From: a virus
Length of the DNA: 64,000 nt
IMG/VR virus record: IMGVR_UViG_3300025435_000016
Span: 12,416 to 76,415 of that record
Reading direction: 5' to 3' (one strand)
A program made the translations under genes and the position numbers. Within the stretch, counting starts at the first letter, position 1. Each line of letters opens with the position of its first letter. This document shows, in pieces, positions 19,532 to 26,667 of this stretch. Below the pieces are notes generated by a model that was not told where the DNA came from, made no database searches, and saw only the letters and a program-made list of their open reading frames with translations.

Positions 19532-19959
19532 ATAGATATATAATCACCGTTGTTATCAGACCAAATAATTTGTTTAAAGTTATGATACTTTAATAAGCTG
19601 TCACAACTCGAACAAGGTTTGGCTAAAGAAACATTATCCTTTCTATCAAAACGGATATTAACTAATGTACACTTTTTAGTATCAAAGTTTGTTAGTCGTT
19701 TAAGTTTGAGGATAGCATTAAGCTCGGAACATGTTTGCTTATACTCAGAATAATCCTCTCCTGTTATCTTCGATATCTTTCTATTAATGAGATTTAAGGG
19801 ATGAGTCTTATTGCAATTCATCCCTGTAGCGATTAATCGATTTTTATAAAGAATAAAAGTAAAGTGTCTACAACGATTGCTATTATTAGTACTAAGAAGA
19901 GAACGTGCAGTATCCTCTAACTGACGTAATACAGAACTTCTCTTCTTGGTTCTTGTCAT
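19528..19959 (-). CDS. Zinc-dependent cytidine/deoxycytidylate deaminase-like protein
   Basis: H...I.YK..LIATG.N..KTHP...CSE..AI...AKPCSSC. Confidence 0.7.
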   Translation of the reverse strand: MTRTKKRSSVLRQLEDTARSLLSTNNSNRCRHFTFILYKNRLIATGMNCNKTHPLNLINRKISKITGEDYSEYKQTCSELNAILKLKRLTNFDTKKCTLVNIRFDRKDNVSLAKPCSSCDSLLKYHNFKQIIWSDNNGDYISI

Positions 19960-20195
19960 TTCTTAGTAATGACTCGCTTTTTGACAAAGATATTAACCTT
20001 AGCTTTCTCCATTGTTTTCTCTACAATAATAAAGCGGAATGGCTTCTTTTCGTATTTATTTTGCTCCTGAATAAGAGCTCGACGTAGAATAGCATCTCTC
20101 TCTTCAATAGTACAGTCAGTGATAAATGGTACTTCAAGAGTATATTTGACTTCGTTCTTAGGATTTGATTTTGCTTTTGTCGGTTGTTTAGCCAT
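19956..20195 (-). CDS. Hypothetical protein
   Basis: 79-aa ORF with a sigma70-like promoter upstream. Confidence 0.5.
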   Translation of the reverse strand: MAKQPTKAKSNPKNEVKYTLEVPFITDCTIEERDAILRRALIQEQNKYEKKPFRFIIVEKTMEKAKVNIFVKKRVITKK

Positions 20196-20239
20196 TCCTA
20201 TATACTATAGGATTTCTAATAAGATACAAGCTTAAACTT

Positions 20240-20413
20240 TTATTGACAGTGATAATTTTGATAACGGCGAGCAGCCTTAGCCGTTAATCCGCCTTTACGT
20301 TCTAATCCCCGTGCTTTGGAGCAGGTCAATTTACCCTTTACCTGACGCTTAAGAATACCAGGATGACGAGGTTCATCAATACTCTTCTCTAAAACATACT
20401 CTTTAAATGTCAT
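20240..20413 (-). CDS. Small basic late protein
   Basis: MTFKEYVLEK...PGILKRQ; ATG 5 nt after TAAATA. Confidence 0.6.
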   Translation of the reverse strand: MTFKEYVLEKSIDEPRHPGILKRQVKGKLTCSKARGLERKGGLTAKAARRYQNYHCQ

Positions 20414-20431
20414 AAGAGTATTTATTAAAAA

Positions 20432-20509
20432 TGGAGCGTCAAGTAGGATTTGCACCTACGGCTTTAGAGTTTTGCAGGCTCTTCCTTTGGGCTTCTCAGG
20501 CATTGACGC
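20432..20509 (-). tRNA. tRNA-Cys(GCA)
   Basis: GCGTCAA/TTGACGC-TCCA acceptor; anticodon loop CTGCAAA; T-loop TGCAAAT. Confidence 0.85.
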
Positions 20510-20526
20510 ATTTAGATTATTTAAAG

Positions 20527-20555
20527 ATTATATAGCCTCTGACGCTCAAATACAA
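20527..20555 (-). promoter_or_regulatory. Sigma70-type promoter for tRNA-Cys
   Basis: TTGTAT-17 bp-TATAAT. Confidence 0.65.
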
Positions 20556-21117
20556 GGCTAAAATAAAACTTTAATTAACCTTCACGTCGATGTTTACGAC
20601 CTCCGGTTTTACAACAGGGACCTTAACTCGAAGTAGTCCGTCTGTGTATGTTGATGAGATGTTCTTAATGTCCGTATTGTCATTAAGGGTGAAGGACAAT
20701 TGTCCCTTCCTCCTACTAATGCCTCTGCGGTGGAAGTGGATGGTCTCATCATATTCCTCTTCCTCTTTATTAACATTAATGTGGAGTCGACCCTCCTTAA
20801 CATTAACGGTAATATTATCCTTACCAACTCCTGCCAATGCTACTTCAATGTAGTAAGCATATGGATTCCCATCAGGATCGGTTTCCGATACGATGTTATA
20901 AGGATATGTTGCATTTGGAATATCAAACGCTTTATCAAAATCCTTGATAACGCTTGTTAACCAACTTTCGTTAAACAGGCCTGGAAGTTGGCTATAACCA
21001 AGACCTGATGCCGGAATGACCCGACCTAGTGTGTATGTGTTGTGTGTTGTCATATGTGTTCTCCTTTGTTAAGCGAGTTAATATGTCGTACCTCAGCCTT
21101 TTTGAGCGTCAGAGCTA
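20533..21117. repeat. Inverted repeat flanking hsp20 (20533-20559 vs 21095-21117)
   Basis: Perfect 14-bp CTCTGACGCTCAAA (20537-20550) / TTTGAGCGTCAGAG (21101-21114), extendable to about 23 bp with two bulges. Confidence 0.85.
20571..21053 (-). CDS. Small heat-shock protein Hsp20/IbpA-like
   Basis: YPYNI...IEVALAG...HRRGIS.R...F.L...YTDGLLRV.VP; SD AAGGAG; TATAAATA at 21131-21124. Confidence 0.92.
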   Translation of the reverse strand: MTTHNTYTLGRVIPASGLGYSQLPGLFNESWLTSVIKDFDKAFDIPNATYPYNIVSETDPDGNPYAYYIEVALAGVGKDNITVNVKEGRLHINVNKEEEEYDETIHFHRRGISRRKGQLSFTLNDNTDIKNISSTYTDGLLRVKVPVVKPEVVNIDVKVN

Positions 21118-21153
21118 CAAAATTATTTATATAGGCTATTTTCTAGATAGCAA

Positions 21154-21828
21154 TTAAATTTTTATTTTTTCTTTGTAAGGTTTAAAGAAATTTTTTAATT
21201 CAAGAATAACAGATGTTAAATTATCTATTTCTTTCTTATTAAACTTTGTTTTAGACTTTAAAGAATGAAATTCTGTAGAGAGATAGGCTTGTAACTCATC
21301 ATCGATAACAGATTTATAATAACCGAGATCCAAGAGAACCCTTTCAGCCTTTTTATAAACAGACTTATGAAGTCTTTTAAGTATCTCTTTTGTCCTCTTT
21401 TTGTATTCTTTATCTAGAAAGAAGAGAGCGTGAGCGCATTCATGTGCTATTGTACTCTTATCGCTATTTGACCCAATGAGATAATAATGACTATTACCTA
21501 CTTCAGCTATAATTGTTTTATGGATATCAAGAATAATATCATCGTAGATGTTTTGATCATCGATTCCTCCCTTATATAATGCTTCAACAATAGGACCAGG
21601 GATATTAAACCCACCCCAGTCAATAGGGTATGAGAATGAACCATCGTTCTTTTTAGCATATCTAGACATGAGTTCAATTAACGTAAACTTCTTTCCGCGA
21701 ATCTCCTTGATTGGTGATTCGTAATATTCTTGAACCCTACAGAAGGTCATTGCCAGATCGTACATATTCTCTATTTTACAGAGATAGATACCAGGATATA
21801 GATTTTTTAAAGAATATTTAACCTTCAT
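21154..21828 (-). CDS. HExxH-containing hypothetical protein
   Basis: IAHECAHA plus DELQAYL. Confidence 0.6.
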   Translation of the reverse strand: MKVKYSLKNLYPGIYLCKIENMYDLAMTFCRVQEYYESPIKEIRGKKFTLIELMSRYAKKNDGSFSYPIDWGGFNIPGPIVEALYKGGIDDQNIYDDIILDIHKTIIAEVGNSHYYLIGSNSDKSTIAHECAHALFFLDKEYKKRTKEILKRLHKSVYKKAERVLLDLGYYKSVIDDELQAYLSTEFHSLKSKTKFNKKEIDNLTSVILELKNFFKPYKEKIKI

Positions 21829-21839
21829 TATTTATTTAT

Positions 21840-21915
21840 TGGCATTCCCGACGGGATTCGAACCCGTGCTAGATCCGTGAGAGGGATCGGTGCTAGGCCA
21901 CTACACTACGGGAAC
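21840..21915 (-). tRNA. tRNA-Glu(CUC)
   Basis: GATCC-CTCTCAC-GGATC; canonical T-arm; CCA encoded. Confidence 0.95.
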
Positions 21916-21925
21916 CAAAATAAAG

Positions 21926-21967
21926 ACCGGGCGTGAGATAGCTTGCATGTGCAGAGGCCCGCCCGGT
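21926..21967 (-). other. GC-rich stem with a 26-nt loop (terminator or small structured RNA)
   Basis: ACCGGGCG/CGCCCGGT followed by CTTTATTTT on the minus strand. Confidence 0.5.
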
Positions 21968-21980
21968 TTACTATTATTAC

Positions 21981-23081
21981 TTAGGCTTGGAGATTTGCAG
22001 GGGCAACTTCACGGAATGGATCCGGAGCTACAGAAGCAAAATCAGGTCCCTTGAAGAACAACTCCGAAGCAAGTCGGTTGAGCTCCATCCTGAACGCTAC
22101 GTCTCTATCAGCGGTACTATGGGTAGCAACGTTAGTGATCTTGTTAAAGAGATCATAAGCGTTGATGTTCGAGTTAGCTGTTGACTGCCAGCGAGACCCC
22201 TTAGAACGATTGAGATCGATACCTACCTCCTTATAACGAGCACGAATTTCGTGATCGGAGAATGCAGATACCGCTAGCTCCTTATTATACTTCATCGTAA
22301 GACCGCGAGCTGCATTAAACTCCCTAAGAGAAGCGTTATTGTTCCTGAGGCGGTTTGCGTTAGCAGAGACTTCCTGACGGAGAGCGTCACCAGTCAAGAA
22401 CTTACGAACCTGGGTGTCAAAGGTCTTCTGGCTGAAGTCTGCACTATCAATGAAGCGCTGGGCCATACGATGGACAGCAGTCATTCCGTTAGAGCAAACC
22501 AAACGAAGGAGATAAGGAAAGAACTGAGACTTGTTAAGAGAGAAGTTCATTCCAAAACCACCCTTCCACATATCATGACCATCTCCGAATACATCGATAT
22601 CAGAATCTGGATTCTTAAAGTTAATGCCAATACTAATATTAACAGGATCGAAATCGAAGTTTCGAAGCTCAAGGTTATTCTCGTTATCCTTCAAGAAAGC
22701 CTCAGTGTAGCGAAGACCGGCTGAAAGGTCAATCTGACGCTCTTCCTTAATAGGACGATCGAAGACATTAACAATCTCCTGATTATGACTATTAACAATT
22801 GCGGTCACACGCTTGTTCTTCTTAATGTTCGTAAGAGCATTATGGAGAGGAGCCCACTGAGAGCTGTCATCCTTAATCTCGTTAACGAGTTGATCCTTAA
22901 CTCCAAGAACTCCGAGAAGACTCTTAAGAGAGGTACCAGCTAGGCGATTGTTATTATAAGAAAAGGTATTACCACTCTTCTCAATTGACTCAATATCCAA
23001 AGGTGCGAGGGTATAGCCTTGCAGCGTTTGGCGAATATCGTTGCTCTTGGCGACGAACGTATCTAGTGTTGTTGTACTCAT
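21981..23081 (-). CDS. DUF932-like protein
   Basis: RLVCSNGM motif and C-terminal NAYDLFNKITNVATH. Confidence 0.65.
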   Translation of the reverse strand: MSTTTLDTFVAKSNDIRQTLQGYTLAPLDIESIEKSGNTFSYNNNRLAGTSLKSLLGVLGVKDQLVNEIKDDSSQWAPLHNALTNIKKNKRVTAIVNSHNQEIVNVFDRPIKEERQIDLSAGLRYTEAFLKDNENNLELRNFDFDPVNISIGINFKNPDSDIDVFGDGHDMWKGGFGMNFSLNKSQFFPYLLRLVCSNGMTAVHRMAQRFIDSADFSQKTFDTQVRKFLTGDALRQEVSANANRLRNNNASLREFNAARGLTMKYNKELAVSAFSDHEIRARYKEVGIDLNRSKGSRWQSTANSNINAYDLFNKITNVATHSTADRDVAFRMELNRLASELFFKGPDFASVAPDPFREVAPANLQA

Positions 23082-23122
23082 GACCCCTTTATAATAAGGG
23101 CACTCGAAAAGGAAATCCAGAA

Positions 23123-23251
23123 TTATTTTTTGATTCCCTTAAAATACTTTACAATTCTATTAGAAAATTTATAAAAAAACATTAAGCCATAAGCTGTTAT
23201 AAAGCCTAAAGTAAAAACCCCAACCATTGCAGCTTCAAATGGGCCGAGCAC
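23123..23251 (-). CDS. Small membrane protein (42 aa), not in the ORF track
   Basis: GTG 5 nt after TAAATA; one TM segment and a basic tail. Confidence 0.45.
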   Translation of the reverse strand: MLGPFEAAMVGVFTLGFITAYGLMFFYKFSNRIVKYFKGIKK

Positions 23252-23268
23252 ATAATTATTTAATCTCT

Positions 23269-23688
23269 TTAAACTTTGATTTTATTAAAGAGATCGGCAG
23301 AACAGTTATTCGTTGATGCATAACCGTGATCTACTAATAAACAAGGAATACCTGCCATTTCAGCTAATGTACATACCTCTACCATGTCATCAACATGTAA
23401 AGTACTATTTAACTCCTTTAATTTTTGTGTCTTATTACAACCGGAGGTATTATGAATACCTTTAATAGGTAGATTATGTTTTTTAATAAATGTTTCGACT
23501 TCAGGGAGATCAGAATCCTTTCGAAAGGTAACAATATGACAATCAAAACCTTCTTCATACTTTTCAAAGACCATATCGCAAATCTTTGCTATAGGTTTTA
23601 ATTCACCATCACCAACAGCAATCCAGCCACTGGAAAAAGTTTCCATGGCTAATGTATGGTCAAAGTCAAATGTTATTACCGGTCTCAT
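23269..23688 (-). CDS. HAD-superfamily phosphatase-like protein
   Basis: FDFDHTL, IVTFR, K, HVDD motifs. Confidence 0.75.
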   Translation of the reverse strand: MRPVITFDFDHTLAMETFSSGWIAVGDGELKPIAKICDMVFEKYEEGFDCHIVTFRKDSDLPEVETFIKKHNLPIKGIHNTSGCNKTQKLKELNSTLHVDDMVEVCTLAEMAGIPCLLVDHGYASTNNCSADLFNKIKV

Positions 23689-23720
23689 CAGATGATTATA
23701 TATCTTTTATACATTATAGC

Positions 23721-23758
23721 AAGAAAAACCCCTACTACCTGATCAGGGCAATAGGGGT
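23721..23758 (-). terminator. Intrinsic terminator ending the large ncRNA
   Basis: ACCCCTATTGCC-CTGATCA-GGTAGTAGGGGT followed by TTTTCTT. Confidence 0.85.
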
Positions 23759-24191
23759 GAGTTCGAACTCTGTTTTCCATTTCTTTATCTCTCTGCATTT
23801 TAGGGATAGCGACTCCTTTCCGGACTTGAGACCGGCAACTGGTAGCATTACTAAAGAGGTGATTGAAAGGATTTTATTCCGGATTTTGTTCCTTCCTTAA
23901 CGGAGATCAGGCATGGAGCCTCTACTTCCGTCCAGCTTGTGTTTAATCAATACGTTAGGATCAAAGCTTACCGTAGGTGTTTGGCTCCCCTAACTTGAAT
24001 AAGGACTACTAACATACCAACAAGCAACTCATCCTTACCCCTCTCTAGGATAATTCCTACAACTAGAGAGTATTAATTTTATGACCGGGGTGGTTAATCC
24101 ATCCTTGTGCAGCGGTTGATAAACGCGTTTTAGAGCAACCTAGTCACCCGCACGTACGGTAGCTCTTTCGATCGAGCCTGCGAACGGTCAA
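23759..24191 (-). ncRNA. Large ornate non-coding RNA, ROOL-like
   Basis: No credible ORF; more GC-rich than flanks; many helices (TGACCG/CGGTCA, CTCTCTAG/CTAGAGAG, GGAGCC/GGCTCC, GCTC/GAGC, CCGG/CCGG); own promoter and terminator; next to tRNAs. The ROOL resemblance is recalled, not computed. Confidence 0.65.
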
Positions 24192-24203
24192 ATTATTAAA
24201 ATG

Positions 24204-24261
24204 TACTATCAAAGATCAATTCTTATTCTCTTAATATAGTGCCTGAATAAGGAAGTGGCAA
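24204..24261 (-). promoter_or_regulatory. Sigma70 promoter plus boxA-like element upstream of the large ncRNA
   Basis: TTGCCA-17 bp-TATATT (24261-24233), then TGATCTTTGATAGTA (24218-24204). Confidence 0.7.
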
Positions 24262-24269
24262 CTAAAAAA

Positions 24270-24343
24270 TGGAGCCTAGTGACAGAATCGAACTGTCAAG
24301 ACGGATTTACAAAAACCGCATTATACCATTTAATTAACCAGGC
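24270..24343 (-). tRNA. tRNA-Thr(UGU)
   Basis: GCCTGGT/ACTAGGC-TCCA acceptor; loop TTTGTAA; GACAG-TTCGATT-CTGTC. Confidence 0.9.
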
Positions 24344-24348
24344 AAATT

Positions 24349-24421
24349 TGGCAGAGGAAGGAGTTGAACCTTCTATTTCAACGTTATGAGCGTTGCGAGA
24401 TGACCGTTTCTCTACTCTGCG
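24349..24421 (-). tRNA. tRNA-Met(CAU), initiator-like acceptor
   Basis: CGCAGAG/CTCTGCC with a C1:C72 mismatch; CAACG-CTCATAA-CGTTG; no CCA. Confidence 0.85.
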
Positions 24422-24431
24422 TTAAAAAATT

Positions 24432-24555
24432 GTAAGTTCCTTTGTCCTAAAAACTTGAAGCGTCCTTCATTATGTATTAGTTTTGTACGAACTTACGACG
24501 AACCGGTTCCATGCATACAACCTTTCGAACAGCTGTAGAGAGGGTTTTGCCGATT
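24432..24555 (-). ncRNA. Candidate ~125-nt two-domain structured RNA
   Basis: AATCGG/CCGGTT enclosing TACAGCT/GGTTGTA; GTAAGTTC/GAACTTAC enclosing AAAACT/AGTTTT and GAAG/CTTC. Confidence 0.4.
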
Positions 24556-24581
24556 ACTGTAAAGTGGTGGAGGCGAGGGGA

Positions 24582-24787
24582 CACTTAATCTCTAGCTTTC
24601 GCTAAAGCGTGGACTATATCTTCACCCGTAAGGGTGTTGGATGCTCTAGCCGGTACTCCGGTAGTCTCTGCACCTTCCTATTTCTAGGCTCGGCTCAGTA
24701 TTGCCATATTGCTTTCGCAATTTAGGTTTCACTGAATTCTTCCAATTTATTCATTATCTATTACTAGATAAGTCGACCTGCATGTTG
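24582..24787 (-). mobile_element. Group I intron (206 nt, no ORF, IC3-like) in the tmRNA T-loop
   Basis: P1 exon UCGAU / intron GUCGA with U:G at the splice site; R CAGAGACTA; S AAGATATAGTCC; Q GGCAATACTGAGCCGAG; terminal G. Confidence 0.9.
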
Positions 24788-25017
24788 ATCGAACCCCTGT
24801 GTTTATACTGTTAGGCTTGTACATCTACACGCTTAGCTAGCTTTCGTACTTTGGTTGACTAAAGGTAACCAGGCACCAGCGACCTATCCATGTTTAGAGT
24901 CCTACCTATGCAGATGGAAGAGCTCTGCATAACCCCTTGCACTTATTTTAAAGGTATCACAAGTTCTACCTTACCTATTATTTTTCCAAAAGCGTAATAG
25001 GATCTGCTTTTGGTTCC

Positions 25018-25125
25018 TTAGGCTGCGATAGCGAGAGGAGCCATTTCGTCACAGAGACAGAACTCTGTGATTGTATTGACTGCCTTCTTTACCTTGGCGA
25101 GGATTGCGTTGACGTTAGTCTTTGC
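25018..25125 (-). other. tmRNA tag reading frame, 35 aa: AKTNVNAILAKVKKAVNTITEFCLCDEMAPLAIAA*
   Basis: Translated by hand from the resume codon GCA at 25125 to TAA at 25020-25018. Confidence 0.8.
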
Positions 25126-25229
25126 GTTTATGTTTTGATTAGCTTTTTAAAGTGGCCAACTAATCAACCACTACGTGCAATACAAGTTTCGAGTATAAGT
25201 CGAATCCAGTACGCCCCCAAAATTATTTA

Positions 25230-25244
25230 TACTATCAAAGATCA
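25230..25244 (-). promoter_or_regulatory. boxA-like element upstream of tmRNA, overlapping a TATAAATA late promoter
   Basis: TGATCTTTGATAGTA, identical to 24218-24204. Confidence 0.6.
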
Positions 25245-25291
25245 TTTGTCCTAATGGACATTCTATTAATATATAGTCTATTTTAAGAAGC

Positions 25292-25876
25292 TCAAGCAGG
25301 AATATAATTAATATTCATCACTACTCTCCTAGCTGTTTGTGTCGGGAGGGTGCCAGTGTGATAATGCAAACCATCGAAGATTAAAAGTCTATTTGCTTTA
25401 GCCTTTACAGTATCTAGAACTGTTGGTGTTTGAAATGTATTCTTGAGATACGCATCAGATACAAAGTTCGATGTACAGTCGTACTTCTCCTTATAAACGA
25501 TAGTGTCGCCATCGGAATCATTTATATAAAGAAGTGCTGTTTTATGAGGTACACCTTCATCAATATGGACACCATTCTCATAAGGTTTATCTGCTATCGT
25601 ATTAAGAATTAATCGAACTCGGAGAAGAGTATCAATCTTCTCGTTAGCGTTTGAAAGAACTCTAGTAACCGTATTCTCAATAAGCCGATGAGGATCATAT
25701 AACCATCTTCCGTGATTAAACGCTATACACTGCCAACCTATGAGGTAGGGATTATCTTTTTCATTTGTCTCTCTAGTTGCCTTTCTTCCATAATTCCATG
25801 GAAAGTCAAATGACATAATATAATTTTGAAAAATATTAAATTCAGCTGACTTGAGAATATGATCTACAATTTGCAT
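25292..25876 (-). CDS. 2OG-Fe(II) oxygenase
   Basis: HID...LLYINDSDGDT...FDGLHYH...RRVVMNIN. Confidence 0.85.
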   Translation of the reverse strand: MQIVDHILKSAEFNIFQNYIMSFDFPWNYGRKATRETNEKDNPYLIGWQCIAFNHGRWLYDPHRLIENTVTRVLSNANEKIDTLLRVRLILNTIADKPYENGVHIDEGVPHKTALLYINDSDGDTIVYKEKYDCTSNFVSDAYLKNTFQTPTVLDTVKAKANRLLIFDGLHYHTGTLPTQTARRVVMNINYIPA

Positions 25877-25900
25877 TACCCTCTATGATATAGCATCTCT

Positions 25901-26548
25901 CTAACAAATCAAGTTAGAAAGTATTCTCTCTACATATTCGTTAAAGGATTCTTGAACAGGTCCGTCAATTTGTTCTCTAGCTGCACTAAGCTCTTTGGTA
26001 AGAAAGGTTTTTACCTGCTCAGGACTATGAAAACTATCTGTACGCATTTCTATGGCAATACCACCAGCGTTTCTCCAAGCTTTGATATATGGAGGAAAGT
26101 CATCAATAAGGACATTTGGCTTTCCAGTTTCCGTATTAATAGCGTTTATTGTTTTATTTTTAACAAAAGACATATCGTCGGGAAGCGGGTTAAGGTGTTT
26201 ATGAATCCAGATTCTCTTTCCAGTCTCTGAAGCTTTTGTATCAATACCCGCTGGGCAGGAACAAATACTGTACCCACCAGCTTCCTTAACTACAGTATCA
26301 ATAATAGCTTTTGTTAATTCTCCGTTCTCACCGAATGGTTTGAGGTTAGCGAAGAATTCCTCTACGCTTCCGAAATTATCAACAAAGTGCTCTCTATCAT
26401 ACCAGATCTTTTTAGCCTGATCTTTCTCTTCCGGAGTTAAATCTTTATAAGGTTTATCAAAAAACCGATTGCTAATAGCTCCGAAGAGATCGGCCAGAAG
26501 ACCATCCATATCGAGCATGACGCGCGGAATATGTTGCAAGGTTGACAT
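25901..26548 (-). CDS. 5'(3')-deoxyribonucleotidase, HAD family
   Basis: LDMDGLLAD...FFANL...GK..WI...LIDD...W..AGG; likely ATG at 26548. Confidence 0.85.
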   Translation of the reverse strand: MSTLQHIPRVMLDMDGLLADLFGAISNRFFDKPYKDLTPEEKDQAKKIWYDREHFVDNFGSVEEFFANLKPFGENGELTKAIIDTVVKEAGGYSICSCPAGIDTKASETGKRIWIHKHLNPLPDDMSFVKNKTINAINTETGKPNVLIDDFPPYIKAWRNAGGIAIEMRTDSFHSPEQVKTFLTKELSAAREQIDGPVQESFNEYVERILSNLIC

Positions 26549-26628
26549 AAATAATAATGCTGATCGCGATGGTCGAACATCCACCAGCACTAACAATACT
26601 TGAGATATGTCAGCTATAGATATTTATA
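26548..26628. promoter_or_regulatory. Structured element between face-to-face TAAATA promoters
   Basis: Plus-strand TAAATA 26548-26553; minus-strand TATAAATA 26628-26621; GCTGAT can pair with ACCAGC or GTCAGC. Confidence 0.5.
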
Positions 26629-26667
26629 ATATAGAGTTACCTATATATATGCTAGGTATAAAATATC

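Larger units (their letters stand above)
24565..25218 (-). ncRNA. ssrA: tmRNA, 448 nt after splicing; exons 25218-24788 and 24581-24565
   Basis: 5' GGGGGCGTACTGGATTCGAC; 3' CGCCTCC-ACCA with G3:U70; ATAAAC-GCA resume context; tag ends LAIAA*; T-arm restored by intron removal. Confidence 0.93.

Noticed and set aside
23652-23900. 82-aa plus-strand ORF
   Set aside because: Antisense to the ncRNA, its terminator and the HAD gene; no recognisable protein features.
24500-24560. c-di-GMP-I riboswitch or theta/HDV-like ribozyme after the tmRNA 3' end
   Set aside because: GGCAAAAC and GAAA are present but the second stem (GCAAAGC...CUAA) is not, and no HDV-type nested double pseudoknot could be built.
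16673-26596. ORF-track 5' extensions (16708, 19455, 20455, 26596)
   Set aside because: They run into tRNAs, neighbouring genes or promoter elements; downstream ATGs fit better.
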